Position numbers and translations under genes: made by a program | Source: Sphyrna mokarran | Taxonomy: Eukaryota | Assembly: GCA_024679065.1 (NCBI GenBank) | Contig: JAGIQG010000016.1 | Location: 2,666,001 to 2,730,000, forward strand | DNA: 64,000 nucleotides | Direction of reading: 5' to 3' | Shown: positions 25,295-38,359 of the stretch, one piece after another | Layout: each line of letters opens with the position of its first letter | Position numbering within the stretch: position 1 is the first letter of the stretch | The notes under the pieces: model-generated | Seen by the model: only the letters and a program-made list of their open reading frames with translations | Told to the model about the DNA's origin: nothing | Databases searched by the model: none

Positions 25295-26702
25295 TATCCC
25301 TGTAACTCCATATATTTTTATCCCATGAATCCTTCTAACCTATGAATCCTGGGACACTAAGAGGTAATTTAGCATGGCCAATGCACCTAACTTGCACATC
25401 TTTGGACTCTAGGAGAAAATAGGAGCACCTGGAGGAAACAGACACAGGGAGAATGTGCAAACTCCACATGGACAGTGACCCAAGCCAAGGATTGAACCTA
25501 GGTCCATGGAGCTGTGAGACAGCAGTGCTTACCACTGTGCCGCCCATGGAATGTTTGTGGATTGGGTGCCGATCAACTGGAATCCTGGATGGTGTCCTAT
25601 TCCACTTCCCTCGACGCTGCGTTGTCCTGGATTGTGTCAAACATCTTGAGAATTGCTGGAGCTGCACTTATCCAGGCAAGTGGGAAGTATTCCATCACAT
25701 TCCTGATTTGTGCCTTGTAGATGGTAGGGCAGGATTTGGGGAGTCAGGCGGTGAGCTACTTGCTGCAGGACTCCCAGTCTCGACCTGCAAAGATCTGTAA
25801 GACTGGAGCAAAAGCACATCCTTGCTATTCAATGAGATTATGCCTAATTTGATTAAAAATCCTCAACTCCACTTTTCACCTTATGCCCATAAAATCTAAT
25901 CCTCTTACTGATTAGAAATCTGTCTATCTCAGCTTTGAACATACTTAATGACCCACAGTTTACTGTGTTGTAACTACAGTACTTATCTGGTTAGTTCAGT
26001 TTCTGCTTAATGGTGACCCCCACAGAATGTTGATAATGGGGGATTTAGCGATGGTAATGCCATTGAATATCAAGATGGTTAGATATTCTCTTGTTGGAGA
26101 TAGTCATTGCCTGCCACTAGTCCACTCACACCTGAATATTGTTCAGATCTTGTTGCATTTGGATATGGACTCCTTCACTATCTGAGAAATCACAAATAGT
26201 GCTGAACGTTGTACAGTTGTCAGTGAACACCTCCACTTTTGAATTTTTGATGGAAGGAAGATCATTGATGAATCAACTGAAGATGGTTGAGCCTAGGACA
26301 TTACCCGAAGGAACTCCTGCAGAGATGTCCTGGAACTGAAATGATTGACCTCCAACCACCACAGCCATCCTCTGTGGTGCTAGGTATGGTAAGCAAGTGC
26401 CACTTGATAGAATCATTGATGACCATTTCAATTACTGATGTCCTTATTGAATGATGGAGCAAGCTTGAGGGGCAGAATGGCCTCTTCCTGCTCATATTTC
26501 TGATCTGTTTAAATGGCTCCCAGAATATGATAGAGTGTCCTACCTGTTCCCTGTCTCTTACAGAGTGTAATCAAGAGCGGGCGGTGTGAGGGATAGAAAC
26601 TTCCCACAACGTCACAGCTTCCCTGTGGTTCAGAGTCTGAATGTCCTAGATTCACAGAGTCATGGCAGGAAGCTGAGCATAAAATTTAGGTTGACATCTG
26701 AC

Positions 26703-27152
26703 TATCAGTACAGAGAGAAGGCTGCATTGTCAGAGAGTCAGTACTCAGGGACTGCCACACTGTCAGAGGGTCAGTACTGAGGGAGTGCTCCCCTGTCAGA
26801 AAGTCAGTATTGAAGGAATGCTGCACTGTCAGAGGGTCAGTACTGAGAGCGTTGCGCACTGTCAAAGGTCAGTACTGAAGGCGTGCTGCATTGTTGGAGG
26901 GTCAGTACTGAGGGAGTGCCGCACTGTTCAGAGGGTCAGTGCTAAGGGAGTGCCGCACTGTCAGAGGGTCAGTGCTGAGGCAGTGCCGCACTGTCGGGGG
27001 GTCAGTACTGAGGGAGTGCCGCACTGTCGGGGGGTCAGTACTGAGGGACTGCCGCACTGTTGGAGGGTCAGTACTGAGGAAATGCCACACTGTCAGAGGG
27101 TCAGTACTGAGGGAGTGCTGCACTGTCAGGAGATCAGTACTGAGAGAGCACC
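26703..27152 (+). repeat. 33-bp minisatellite (Deu-SINE-derived)
   Basis: About 13 tandem units of gtcagtactgagggagtgccgcactgtcagagg. Confidence 0.9.
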
Positions 27153-28176
27153 GCAGCTCAGGATGAAGCATCAGCAGACAATATGGCAAGGACCCATTAC
27201 ATTGCAATCAGATTGTGTTTGGGCTATGCTCATGGCTGCCGTCTGGTGGACATTGAACTTATAGCAGTTTGATGGATTTTCACTATGTTCCGCTATTACT
27301 GTTGTGATCAGTGGAATTCAGAAGAATGAGGGGAGATTTTATGGAAACATATAAAATTATGAAGGGAATAGATCAAATACAAGCAGGGAAGTTGTTTCCA
27401 CTGGTGGGTGAAACTCGAACTGGGGACATGACCTCAAAATAAGTTGAAGTAGATTTAGGAATGAGTTAAGGAGGAATTTCTTCACCCAAAGGGTTGTGAA
27501 TCTGTGGAATTGCCTGCCTGGTGAAGTAGTTGAAATTACCTTCTTGAATGTTTTTAAGACAAGGGTATATAAATTTTTGAACAGTAAAGGAATTAAGAGT
27601 TATATTGGGAAGGCAAGTAAGTGGAACTGAGTCCACAAAAAGACCAGCCATCACCTTATTGAATGGTGGAGCAGGCTTGAGGGACCAGATAGCCTCCTCC
27701 TGCTCCTAGTTCTTATGTTTTATGAAATAACAGAGTTTAGAAGGTAGGCAGATGATCCTGTTCATTAGGATGTTTAGCAGTGGGGAGAAACTTGATAGCT
27801 GAATAGTGTTAAAATAATTATTTGTACTGAACAAAGTCACTGATTAAATAAGGAAAACAGAAAAATAAGGAAAAATTTCCATCCTGACTTGGAAATATGT
27901 CAGGCGTTCTTTCACTGTTGCTGAGACAAAATTCTGGAACTCTGTCCTTAACAGTAATGAAACAAATTTGAATTTTTCAGGGAGGTGTTTCAGTATGTAA
28001 ATAAGACAGTGCTGTTGATGTGCTCTACAATGGCTTCAGAAGGGCCTTTGACAAAGTTCCATGCAGGATACTAATCAAGAAGGTAAGAGCCCAAGGGATT
28101 GAGGGCAGTTTGCATCCAAAATTGGCATAGTGGTAGGAGGCAAAGGGTGATAGTCAGAGGTTGTTTTTGTGACTTG

Positions 28177-30640
28177 AGATGGGGCAGGCTATAAACAAAC
28201 AAATAATTGAGGTGTGCAGGAACGGAATGGCGATAATTATGGGAGATTTCAATCTACATGTTGATTGGACGACCCAAGTCGGACGAGGTGGGCTTGGGGA
28301 AGAGTTCCTGGAATGCTGTCGGGAAGGTTTCCTTGAACAGTATGTAACGGAACCTACAAGAGAGTGAGCTATCTTAGATCTGGTATTGTGTAATGAGGCA
28401 GATAGAATTAGGGATCTTCTTGTGAGGGATCCTTTTGGGATGAGTGGTTATAGTATGTTTGAATTTCTGATGCAGATGGAGTCTGAGAAAGTAGTGTCCT
28501 GAACCTGTGTACTCTGTTTGAATAGAGGGGACTATGATAGGATGAGAGCGGAATTGGCGAACGTAGATTGGGGACGCAGTTTGGTTGGTAGGACGGCTGA
28601 AGAACAGTGGAGGATTTTTAAGGAGATCTTTTTTTGGTACTTAGCAGAAACATATTCTGTTGGGAAAGAAGGAGTGTAGGAGAAGAGAAAATCAACCATG
28701 GTTGTCGAAGGAAATAAAGGAGAATACTAAATTAAAAGCTAATGCTTTCAGAGTAGTTAAAAGTAGTGGGCGATTAGAAGATTGGGAGAGTTTTAAGCAA
28801 CAACAAAGGATGACTAAGAAGGTGATAAAGAAACAAAAGATGGAGTATGAGGCTAAACTAGCTCTAAATATAAAAAAAAGACACTAAAGGTTTTTACAAA
28901 TATATAAAGAAGAGGAGACTGGCTAGAGTGAATGTTGGCCCCTTGGAGGACGAGAGGGGGGATTTAGCGGTGGGCGATGAGGAAATGGCTGAGGCTTTGA
29001 ACAAGTTTTTTGTGTCGGTCTTCACAGAGGAGGACACAAGTAGTTTGCCGAATATTAAAGATAGAAAGATGATAGGAGATGAGGTCCTTGATGCAGTTAC
29101 AGTCAGTAGAGAGGTAGTGCTTCATAGACTGATGGGGCTGAAGGTAGATAAGTCACCAGGATCGGATGGAATGCATCCCAGGGTTCTGAAAGAAGTGGCA
29201 GAGATGATAGCGGATGCCTTAGTAATTATTTATCAAAATTCGCTGACTCCGGGGAAATGCCGGAAGATTGGAAAACAGCTAATGTTATGCCGCTGTTTAA
29301 AAAAGGTAGCAGGGAAAAGGCAGAGAATTATAAGCCTGTTAGTTTAACGTCTGGGGTTGGAAAAATGCTTGAATCCATCATCAAAGAAGAAATAGCGAGG
29401 TAGCTAGTAAAGAACAGTTTGATCAAGCAGACACAGCACAGATTCATTAAGGGGAAATCGTGTTTGACAAATTTATTGGATTTCTGTGAGGATGTGACTA
29501 GTGCGGTAGATAGAGGGGAACCAGTGGATGTGATGTTTTTAGATTTCCAGAAGACGTGGATAGAGGATTGGTTGTCTAATAGGAAGCAGAGAGTAAGAAT
29601 CAATGGGTGCTATTCTGGTTGGCAGCTTGAGACTAGTGGAGTGCCCCAGGGATCAGTGTTTACCATATACATAGATGATCTGGAGGAAGGGGCTGAGTGT
29701 AGAGTAACGAAATTTGCTGATGACATGAAGATGAGTGGAAAAGCAAATTGTGTGGAGGGTGTAGAAAGTCTGCAGAGAGATCTGGATAGGTTGAATGAGT
29801 GGGCGAGGACTTGGCAGATAGAGTATAATGTTAGCAAGCATGAGATTATCCACTTTGGTAGAAATAATAGTAGGAGGGATGATTATTTAAAAGGCAAAAA
29901 GCTGCAGCATGCTACGGTGCAGAGGGATTTGGGGGTCCTTGTGCACAAAACGCAAAAACCCGGTCTGCAGGTGTAGCAGGTGATTAAAAAGGCGAATGGG
30001 ATGTTGGGCTTTACAGCGAGGGGGATAGAATATAAAAGTAGGGAGGTCTTGTTGCACTGTACAGGATACTGGTGAGGCCGCAGCTGGAGTACTGTGTGCA
30101 GTTTTGGTTGCCGCATTTGTGGAAGGATATATTGGCCTTGGAGGGAGTGCAGAGGAGGTTCACTAGGCTGATACTGGAGATGAGGGGGTTAACCTTTGAG
30201 GAGAGACTGAGGAGACTAGGTTGGTACTCATTGGAGTTTAGAAGGTTGAGGGGGGATCTTATAGAGACATATAAGATAATGAAAGGGATGGATAGGGTAG
30301 AGGTAGAGAAATTCTTCCCACTTAGAAAGGGTAGCAGGACTAGAGGGCACAGCCTGAAAATAAGAGGGAGGGGCAGTTTAGATCAGAATTGAGGGGAACT
30401 TCTTCACTTAAAGGGTGGTGAATCTTTGGAATCTGCCAGTTGAAGTGGTGGAGGCTACCTCACTGAGTATATTTAAGTCACGGGTAGATAGGTTTCTAAT
30501 AAGCAAGGGAATTAAGGGTTATGGGGAGAAAGCAGGTAAGTGGGACTGATCCACTTCAGATCAGCCATGGTCTTACTGAATGGTGGGGCAGGCTTGAGGG
30601 GCTAGATGGCCTACTCCTGTTCCTATTTCTCATGTTCTTT
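28177..30640 (+). mobile_element. CR1 LINE, longest copy (end of endonuclease, RT, 3' UTR), frameshifted
   Basis: IIMGDFNL, FLEQYVTEPTRE, KSPGSDGMHPRVLKE, GVPQGSV and KFADD motifs; tail cctatttctcatgttc. Confidence 0.95.
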
Positions 30641-31864
30641 TGGAAGCCCGTATCCAGTTGTGTATCGTAGGTATCAGTGCTGGATCCTTTGCGGTTTGTA
30701 GTATATATTAATGGTCTAGATGTGAATGTGTTTTTTAAAATGTATTAATTTCACAAGTAGGCTTACAATTACACTGCAAGTAAGTTAATGTGAAATGATC
30801 ACTCCCAAGGACAAATCTGTTCCTGAAATCCTTTTTTGCTCCCTGAAGTTATCCTTTCTGTTAATGATTTATCCAATTTGCTTTTCAAAGTGAAGAGTGG
30901 GAAGTGCAGGATAATGTAGTTGTACAGGTAACTGAGACTTGCCTTAGTGCAGCAGTTCAGGTTTTACTGAATGTTTGTGTATTTTGTCTCACACCATTTA
31001 TCTGTTCTGTCATTTAATGCATTTTTCCAAATATTGCCCTCAAGAGCATTGGATATGAAATGATAATTGTAAATCTAATCTGTTTATAAGTGTATTGAAG
31101 TATCTCAGAGTAACACTTTTTTGTTAAAAAAAATAGAAATTAGTAAACTCAGTTTATTTATTAGTGTCACAAGCTGGCTAACATTCACAATGAAATTACT
31201 GTGAAAACCCCTAATCGCCACATTCCAGTGCCTATTCGGGTACACTGAGGGAGAATTTAGCAGAGCCAATGTACCTAACCAGCACTTCTTTTGGACTTGG
31301 TATGAATGGTAAATTTGCAGATGACACAAAAATAGGTGGTGTAGCAAATTGCAAGTAGGAAAGCTTTAGATTGGAGGAGGATATAGATGAGCTGGTCCCA
31401 TAGGCAGAACAGTGATAAGTGGAATTTAACCCTGAAAAGTGTGAGATGATGCCTTTGGGAGGATTAATAAAGCAAGGGAATAAATTGTGAATAGTAGGAT
31501 GCTTGGAAGTATAGAAGACCAGAGGGAGTTTGAACTCTTAATTCCCTTGCTTATGTCCAAAGATCCCTGGGGGCAACAGAACAGAAGGCAAAGGGTAAGT
31601 TAGTTACCAACAAGGAAAATTCAAATGGTTGCACTCCAGCAATAGGCGAGTGAGGCGAGGGAGAGGCAGCATTATCTTGTAAATGGAGTTTGTGTCTATA
31701 TATGTCCTGTTTGTGAACACAAGTCCTCATTCACCTGATGAACGAGCAGGACTCCGAAAACTTGTGCTGCCAAATAAACCTGTTGGACTTTAATCTGGTG
31801 TTGTGACACTTCTTAATGGGCAGTAGATCCTAGACCAGAGTGAACGGAGGCCCTCATGCAAGGC

Positions 31865-32160
31865 AGCAGAGTGAATTTTGAAGTTTATTTATTAATATTA
31901 CAAGTAGGCTTACATTAACACTGCAATGAAGTTACTACGAAAACCCTCTAGTTGCCATATTCCGGTGCCTGTTTGGGTACACTGAGGGAGAATTTAGCAT
32001 GGCCAATGCACCTAACCAGCACGTCTTTCAGACTGTGGGAGGAAACCCACGCAAACATGGGGAGAACGTGTAGATTCCGCACTCACAGTAACCCAAGTCA
32101 GGAATCGAATCCAGGTCCCTGACACTGTGAGGCAGCAGTGCTAACCATTGTGCCATCCAA
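31865..32160 (-). mobile_element. HE1/V-type tRNA-derived SINE
   Basis: tRNA-like head ggcacaatggttagcactgctgcctcacag...gattcgattcctg plus V-domain; similar copies at ~18940-19135, 25330-25545, 33483-33798, 53110-53395 and 54990-55385. Confidence 0.85.
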
Positions 32161-32559
32161 CCAAGCAGAGGGCTCCAGATGAGATAATAGAGTGAATGAA
32201 GGATTCCAATTGTGGAAGTGGGCAGTTCAAAGTTCTCAGGCTAGTGAGATGAGAATAGGAACGTGAGAGAGCTGAGAGAGTTAGTGTGGTGTTTGAAGAA
32301 TTGACGGTAAGAAACCATGAGGTTCAACAAATTAAAGAGCTTTATTAAGGTGTTCACTACAGACTGTGATCTTACTCTGCAGTTGCCTGCGCACGTAGTT
32401 TACAATATCACATCCAATTGCGTCATGCATGCATAATCTTAAAGTACTCAGTTTAGCTTCAATGCAGCTTAGAAATAGAAATAGCATTAGAAATAGCAGT
32501 TGTACTATAATACACAACATGTCCCCTTTTAAATCAAACATCTCAAACACATTAAACAT

Positions 32560-34330
32560 GAATTATCAATTTGTCAGATGATTTGGAGATAATTATTCTC
32601 TGGTTGCTGATGAGTCTCAGGTGCCTGCTTTTTGACAATTACTGTAACCTCTGGCATTTTCAGCTAGATATGAACATCATCAATAGTTGGTTTGACTGGA
32701 GTCAAGGGGTAATGTCAGTATCAGATTTTTGGGGAGGTTTTGGTTGTAACTTGGCACAGTTGGATTCATATTCACTGCAGGTTCTTCCCCCAGTGGATCT
32801 CTTCGCCACGTGTCTCCTCCAAAGGACATTGTCTCAGGTCTAGACAGTATAGGAAATAGGTTCAGCCTGTGCTATGATTATGGCAGGACCCATTTTTCTC
32901 TTGTGGTATAGTTTCTAGATAGAATACCTTGCCCCGGGCGGAAGAAGTGTTTTGCTTTGCTTTCCTGCTGTTCAATTTGACCTTGTTGCTTTCTGTGAAT
33001 GATTTATTTTGTCTTTAGTCATTTTAATGAATTGATTGCTATGTGTAATTGTCATTTCATCATCTTTACTACTGGAAAAACTTTTCTTATTGAGTGAGCA
33101 GTGTTCCTATACACTAGCAGGAATTGAATCAAATATTTGACCAAAGAAACTTATTCCCTGGTTGCCTTTAACGTATTTCATCATTTGCAGAAATCTACTG
33201 CTAGTCCATTCGTAGCAAGATGATTTGCTGCAGAATATATTGTACTCCAAGAAGCTTTCAAATTCTTGAGAGATAAACTTTGATCCTTTATCACTCACCA
33301 ATTCCTCAGGGAAATTGAATCTGCTAAAGATTTCTCCCAGTCCTACAATTATCTTCTCTGATGAGGTTGACTCCATGAAGGCAACTTCTAGCCATTTTGA
33401 ATGAGCATTCATTATAATTAGAAACATCATCCTTCGCGTGGTCCTGCATAATCAACTTGTACCCTTTGCCAAGTCTCTTCAGGGCAGCACTGTAGCATAG
33501 TGCTTAGCAATGCAAGCACCAGGGACTGGGTTCAATACTGGCCTTGGGTCACTATCTGTGTAGGGTTTGCATATTCTCCCCGTGTCTGTGTAGGTTTCCT
33601 CTGGGTGCTCTGGTTTCCTCCCACAGTCCAAAGATGTGCAGATCAAGTGGATTGGCTATGCTAAATTGCCCCTTCACATCAGGGGAATTAGCAGGGTAAT
33701 TACATGGGTTACAGGTATAGGACCTAAGTGACATTGTTGTGGGTGCAGGCTTGATGGGCTAAATGTGCTCCTTCTGCACTATAGGGACTCTATGATTCTG
33801 GCCATTTCCGAGGATGCAATGGTGCTAATAGTTGCACCTTACACAAGAAGCATGTTCTTTATATACAAGAATAATGTAGATTCATTAGTTTAATTTCTGT
33901 GATGCGAGGGTTGTCCTATGAGGCTAGATTGGATAGCATGATCTCTCTGAAATATCTAAAATTCTGAGATTTTGAAATGGAATAGGGTCCCAACCTCAGG
34001 ATAAGAGGGCAGCCTGTTTGGACCAAGGTGGGGAGAAATTTCTTCATTCAGAAGGTTGCAAATCTCTGGAATTCCCTATACCAGAAAGCCATGGATGCTC
34101 CGTGACTGAGTATATTCAAGACTGCAATGAATAGATTTTATCACACCTGGGGAATTTCCTCCCTAACAATGCTGTTAGGGAGAGAATACTTCATACTTCA
34201 CCATTGAATCAACAACTTTATTCATAAGCAGCCCTGAGAACCTTGCTGCTAGCAATTCTCATTGGTAAGAACTTGCTCATGGTGAGGTTTTATTGTTTCC
34301 TAAGAATATGGTTCTGTCAAATTACCTGTA
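32560..34330 (-). mobile_element. Ty3/Gypsy LTR-retrotransposon integrase remnant, interrupted by a SINE and a duplicated block
   Basis: WQRVQVDYAGP..MFLIIMNAHSKWLEV..TSSEKII..FSRFNFPEELVSDKGSKFISQEF integrase core. Confidence 0.8.
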
Positions 34331-34929
34331 CTATCAGGCCTTGCAGCAACTTGCTCTTGGCAAAAATGCACAATCATTTCAAAATAAAAAAAGTGTTAAT
34401 GCATTTAAAATATCAAAATACTTGTTTAAATCATAATCACTTACTGCATTCATGTGTGTAAACTATTTTCTTGTTAGCTTCCAAGTCTGATTTAGTCATT
34501 TAACACAATGCTGGTAGTTCAATGTCTTAATACCTAATGGTTTAAAATCTTCTCTAACCTGCTACAATATTTTCTTTCCCCAACAGGATTGAATGGCTTC
34601 CTTCTGCACTGAAATATTGAGATATTTTACATTTTTTATATACAAGAATAATGTAGGTTCTTTAGTTTAATTTCTGTGATGCGAGGGTTGTCCTATGAGG
34701 CTAGATTGGATAGAATGATCTCTCTGAAATATCAAATTCAGAGATTTTGAAATGGAATAGAGTCCCAACCTCGGGATAAGGGGGCAGCCTGTTTGGACCA
34801 AGATGGGGAGAAATTTCTTCATCCAGAGGGTTGTAAATCTCTGGAATTCACTACCCCAGAGAGCCATGGATGCTCTGTGACTGAGTATATTCAAGATTGC
34901 AATGAATAGATTTTATGACACTTGGGGAA

Positions 34930-36120
34930 TTTCCTCCCTAACAATGCTGTTAGGGAGAGAATTCCAGGATTTTGACCCATCAGCTGCGAAGGAATAGCTA
35001 TACATTTCCAAGTCCGGACAATGAGTGGTTTGGAGGGAAACTTGCAGGTGGTGGTGTTCCCATTTATCTGCTGCACTTGTCCTTCTGGATGGGAGTTGTT
35101 GTAGATTCGAAAGGTGCAGCCTAAGGAACTTCAGTGTATTTCTGCAGTTCATCTTGTAAATAATTCATGATATTGAGTGTTTCTGATGGAGGGAGTGGAC
35201 GAGGTGCCAAACATGTGGGCCGCTTTGTCCTGGATGTTGTTGAGCTTTGAGTGTTGTTGGAACTCCATTATCAGGCAGGTGGAGAGTATTCCATGACAAT
35301 CCTGACTTGTAGGTGGTGGACAGGCTTTGGGGAGTTAGGTGATGAGTTACTTGTCACAGTATTCCAAGCTCCTAACCTTGTAGCCACAATGTTTATGTGA
35401 TAAGTCCAATTGCATTTCTGATCAATGATAATCCCAAGGATGTTGACAGTGGAGAATTCAGTGATGGGTAACCCCATTGAATGCTAAGGGCAGGGTTAGA
35501 ATAACACTTAGTGGAGATGGTCATCGCCTGGCATTTGTGAAGCACAAAAGTTACTTGCCACTTGTCAGCCCAAGTTTGGCAGCTCTTGTTGTGTTTGAAC
35601 ATGGACTGCTTCAGTATCTGGGGAGTTGTCAATGGTGCTGAACATTGCACAATCATCGATGAACATCCCCACTTCTGAGCTTATGACAGAGGGAAAGTTA
35701 TTGATGAAATAGTTGAAGATGGTTGGGCCGAGGACACTACTCCTGAGGAACTTCTGCAGAGATTCCTTGGAGCTAAAGATGGCTGACCTCCCCTCCCCCA
35801 CCCCCACAACCGAAATCATCTTTCTACATGCCAGATATGAGTCCAAGCAATGGTGACTTTGCCTCCTGATACTTAGTGTTACATTTGCAAGGGCTCCTTG
35901 ATGCCACACTTAGTTGAATGCAACTTTGATGTCAAGGGCTTTCATTCTCATCTCACCTTGGAACTCAGTCTTTCACATAGGTTTGAACCAAGGCTGGAAT
36001 GAAGTCAGGAGGTGAGTGATCCTGGCAAAACTTAAACTGGTCATCACCGAACAGGTTATTGCTGGGCACATCCTGCCTGATAGCATTGTCAACAACCTCT
36101 TCGTCACTTTACTGATGAAG
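34930..36120 (-). mobile_element. Old CR1/L2-superfamily LINE fragment
   Basis: SSVLGPTIFNYFINNFPSVISSEVGMFIDDC and WADKWQVTF motifs. Confidence 0.85.
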
Positions 36121-36234
36121 CAGTGATTGGCCAGGTTGGAACCTATGAAGCAGAGATGAAGATCAATAATCATTTGATTCAATGGACTTGGAGGCGTGAG
36201 GGGCTGAATGGCCACATCCTCTTCCTGTTAAAGT

Positions 36235-36688
36235 TCATGCAACAACTGAAAAGTTATCAAATGTTGTTTCTTTGTTTTCTGTCAATGCGTACTTGTAGAA
36301 ATGGCAAATATATTGAAAGAATTTATGCCTGAAGCTCGTAAATAACAACCCTTTGATTGGAAGTTGATCTTTCCTGAAATTCTGTGCACATTCTTCTGAG
36401 CAGCAGAGCGGAATATGATTGCTCATCCCAATCCCTAGCTCAAACTTTCCATCAGAAATCACTTGGTAACTACAATACTGGACTGATTGTTCCCTCTCTG
36501 ATCCAAGCTCAGTGCAGTCCTGGACAGTCCCATTCTCCAGAAGGTTTTGTTCTCCAGCCACTCCATCTTGCTGCTGAGATGCTATGTTCAGAAGGCCCCG
36601 TGCTTCACCTGACCAAGTCACCTCTCTCAAAGGGTCACCATTAGACACTTCATTTTGATTGCTGAGGTCTTTATTGCAAACAAAATAC
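36235..36688 (-). CDS. Gene B cytoplasmic exon (W|YFVCNKDLSNQNEVSNGDPLREVTW...SVQYCSYQVI...VVA*)
   Basis: ttttcctttctcccag acceptor; phase 2 matches the TM exon donor and enters ORF 36235..36648; DNA homologous to 16527-16745. Confidence 0.7.
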
Positions 36689-37194
36689 CTGGGAGAAAGG
36701 AAAATTGCAGATTGAAGGTTACTTTAAAACAATAGGTTATTGAGCACTTCAGCCCTGCTGTGCTATTCAACATGATCCCACATATCCTCCAGCCAAGCCC
36801 CACTTTCCACCCATTTCTATATCCCCCCATTCCCTTTGGCTGGAAAATCTCTCATCACAAGCTGCACGGTGATGAAGCACAGAGTGTAGAGGAGGCAACG
36901 GGCAAGAGCTGAACAGGAACTGTACTGACTGAAGCAGCAGACAAACAGAAAAATGATAGCTCAACTCTATGTTACACATCTTCTGAAGAAAACATCATAT
37001 GTTTAGTATTGTGTGTGACACAAACTGCAGAAATGGCAAAGACTCTATCGGGCTTTTGAGAAAAACATCCAGGAAGGAATGAGACTCGACTCAAACTGAT
37101 CAGGAACTGGAGCAACAGAGTGAAAAATCCAACAGGATTGCATTCAGGGTAGAATGGAGATTTTCCAGAGTTCCCTTGAGCAGGATCATTCCCA

Positions 37195-37401
37195 TGATGT
37201 AGAGATGCCGGTTTTGGGCTGGGGCAAGCACAGTAAGAAGTCTCACAACACCAGGTTAAAGTCCAACAGGTTTATTTGGTAGCACAAGCTTTCAGAGTGT
37301 CACTTCTTCAGGATTCATCTAAAGAAGAAGCGACACTCTGAAAGCTTGTGCTGCCAAATAATCCTGTTGGACTTTAACCTGGTGTTGTGAGACTTCTTAC
37401 T
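37195..37401. mobile_element. Palindromic Penelope-terminus-derived repeat
   Basis: Arms of ~80 bp: agtaagaagtctcacaacaccagg...cctggtgttgtgagacttcttact; related pieces at ~20990-21270, 31660-31815, 47405-47958, 51420-51560 and 56315-56530. Confidence 0.8.
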
Positions 37402-37514
37402 AGGATCACTCCCAGCAGGCTACATCCTCCTGTCCAGAGAATCCCCTCAGAATACTAGGCCTACTGGGATATACTTTCAAAACCAGAATTAACAGTATGA
37501 CCAATAAAACTCAC

Positions 37515-37611
37515 CAACTTAACACAGTTCGCATTATGACAGCCACAATTACACCAATAAAACAAATAAAACAAAGAATTCCAATGATTTCGCCAACAGA
37601 AAGTCCAGGAC
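37515..37611 (-). CDS. Gene B transmembrane exon (GPGLSVGEIIGILCFICFIGVIVAVIMRTVLS)
   Basis: ctgtctctag acceptor and ttg|gtgagt donor; 97 nt, phase 1 to 2; upstream intron 37612-37790 is homologous to 14835-15008. Confidence 0.85.
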
Positions 37612-38169
37612 CTAGAGACAGAATGAAACCATTAACAGACTGGGACACACTCACAAAACTAACAGTGGAGAACTTCAGCACTGAGTGTTTCAGAATCACC
37701 CCCAGTACAAGCAAATCCCTGGTTAATTCTAGTCCTGGAGGGATGTGGGAGGTTAGTTACCAATAATCACACAGACACCAGGCCACCCCACAATTCCTTG
37801 CATGTGCACACACACACACCCCTACCCCACCCCCCCATCACACACACATCCCTACACCCCCCACCCATCACACACACACCCCTAGCCTTCTACCCCTGGC
37901 TCCTACCGCCCCCATCCCCAAGTTCTCCCCTCCCAGCCCTCTCTTCCCTGGGTCTTCGCCGGCTTCCTCCACCACCACCTCCCCCCCCCTCCCCGGCTCT
38001 CTCCACTCTCCCTTCACCACCCTCCCATTGACTACACTTCTACACCTGTGACATTCTCTGCAGCTCCTTTCCACCCCCCATTACCCCGGTAAGGAGCTGA
38101 ATGGGGGGTGAGGATGAAGGAAAGGTTCCCCCCCCTTTCCCCCCCCCGGCTCTGAGACACTGACAGTAC

Positions 38170-38335
38170 CTGCAGCTCCTTTCCATCCATTCCCCACACA
38201 GGGATCAGCTCGGAGTCTCCACACTGAGAACAGGAGGGAAGAGAGACACACTGAATAAACTGCTGTCCTGCCTGGAGATGGTGAAGAAGTGTAAAGTCCA
38301 CTCATTAAGTTTGTTTGATTTTGTTGACGTGCCAT
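38170..38335 (-). CDS. Gene B candidate first coding exon (MARQQNQTNLMSGLYTSSPSPG...)
   Basis: ATG in strong context (ataATGg); two phase-1 donors in frame with the TM exon: cag|gtactg (exon end 38170) or non-canonical cag|gcagga (exon end 38272). Confidence 0.4.
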
Positions 38336-38359
38336 TATTTATTAGCTTTCCAACTGCTC

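Noticed and set aside
26785-27264. Cys/His-rich zinc-finger-like ORFs (also 8500-8964 and 61213-61578)
   Set aside because: They are translations of the 33-bp minisatellite, open in several frames.
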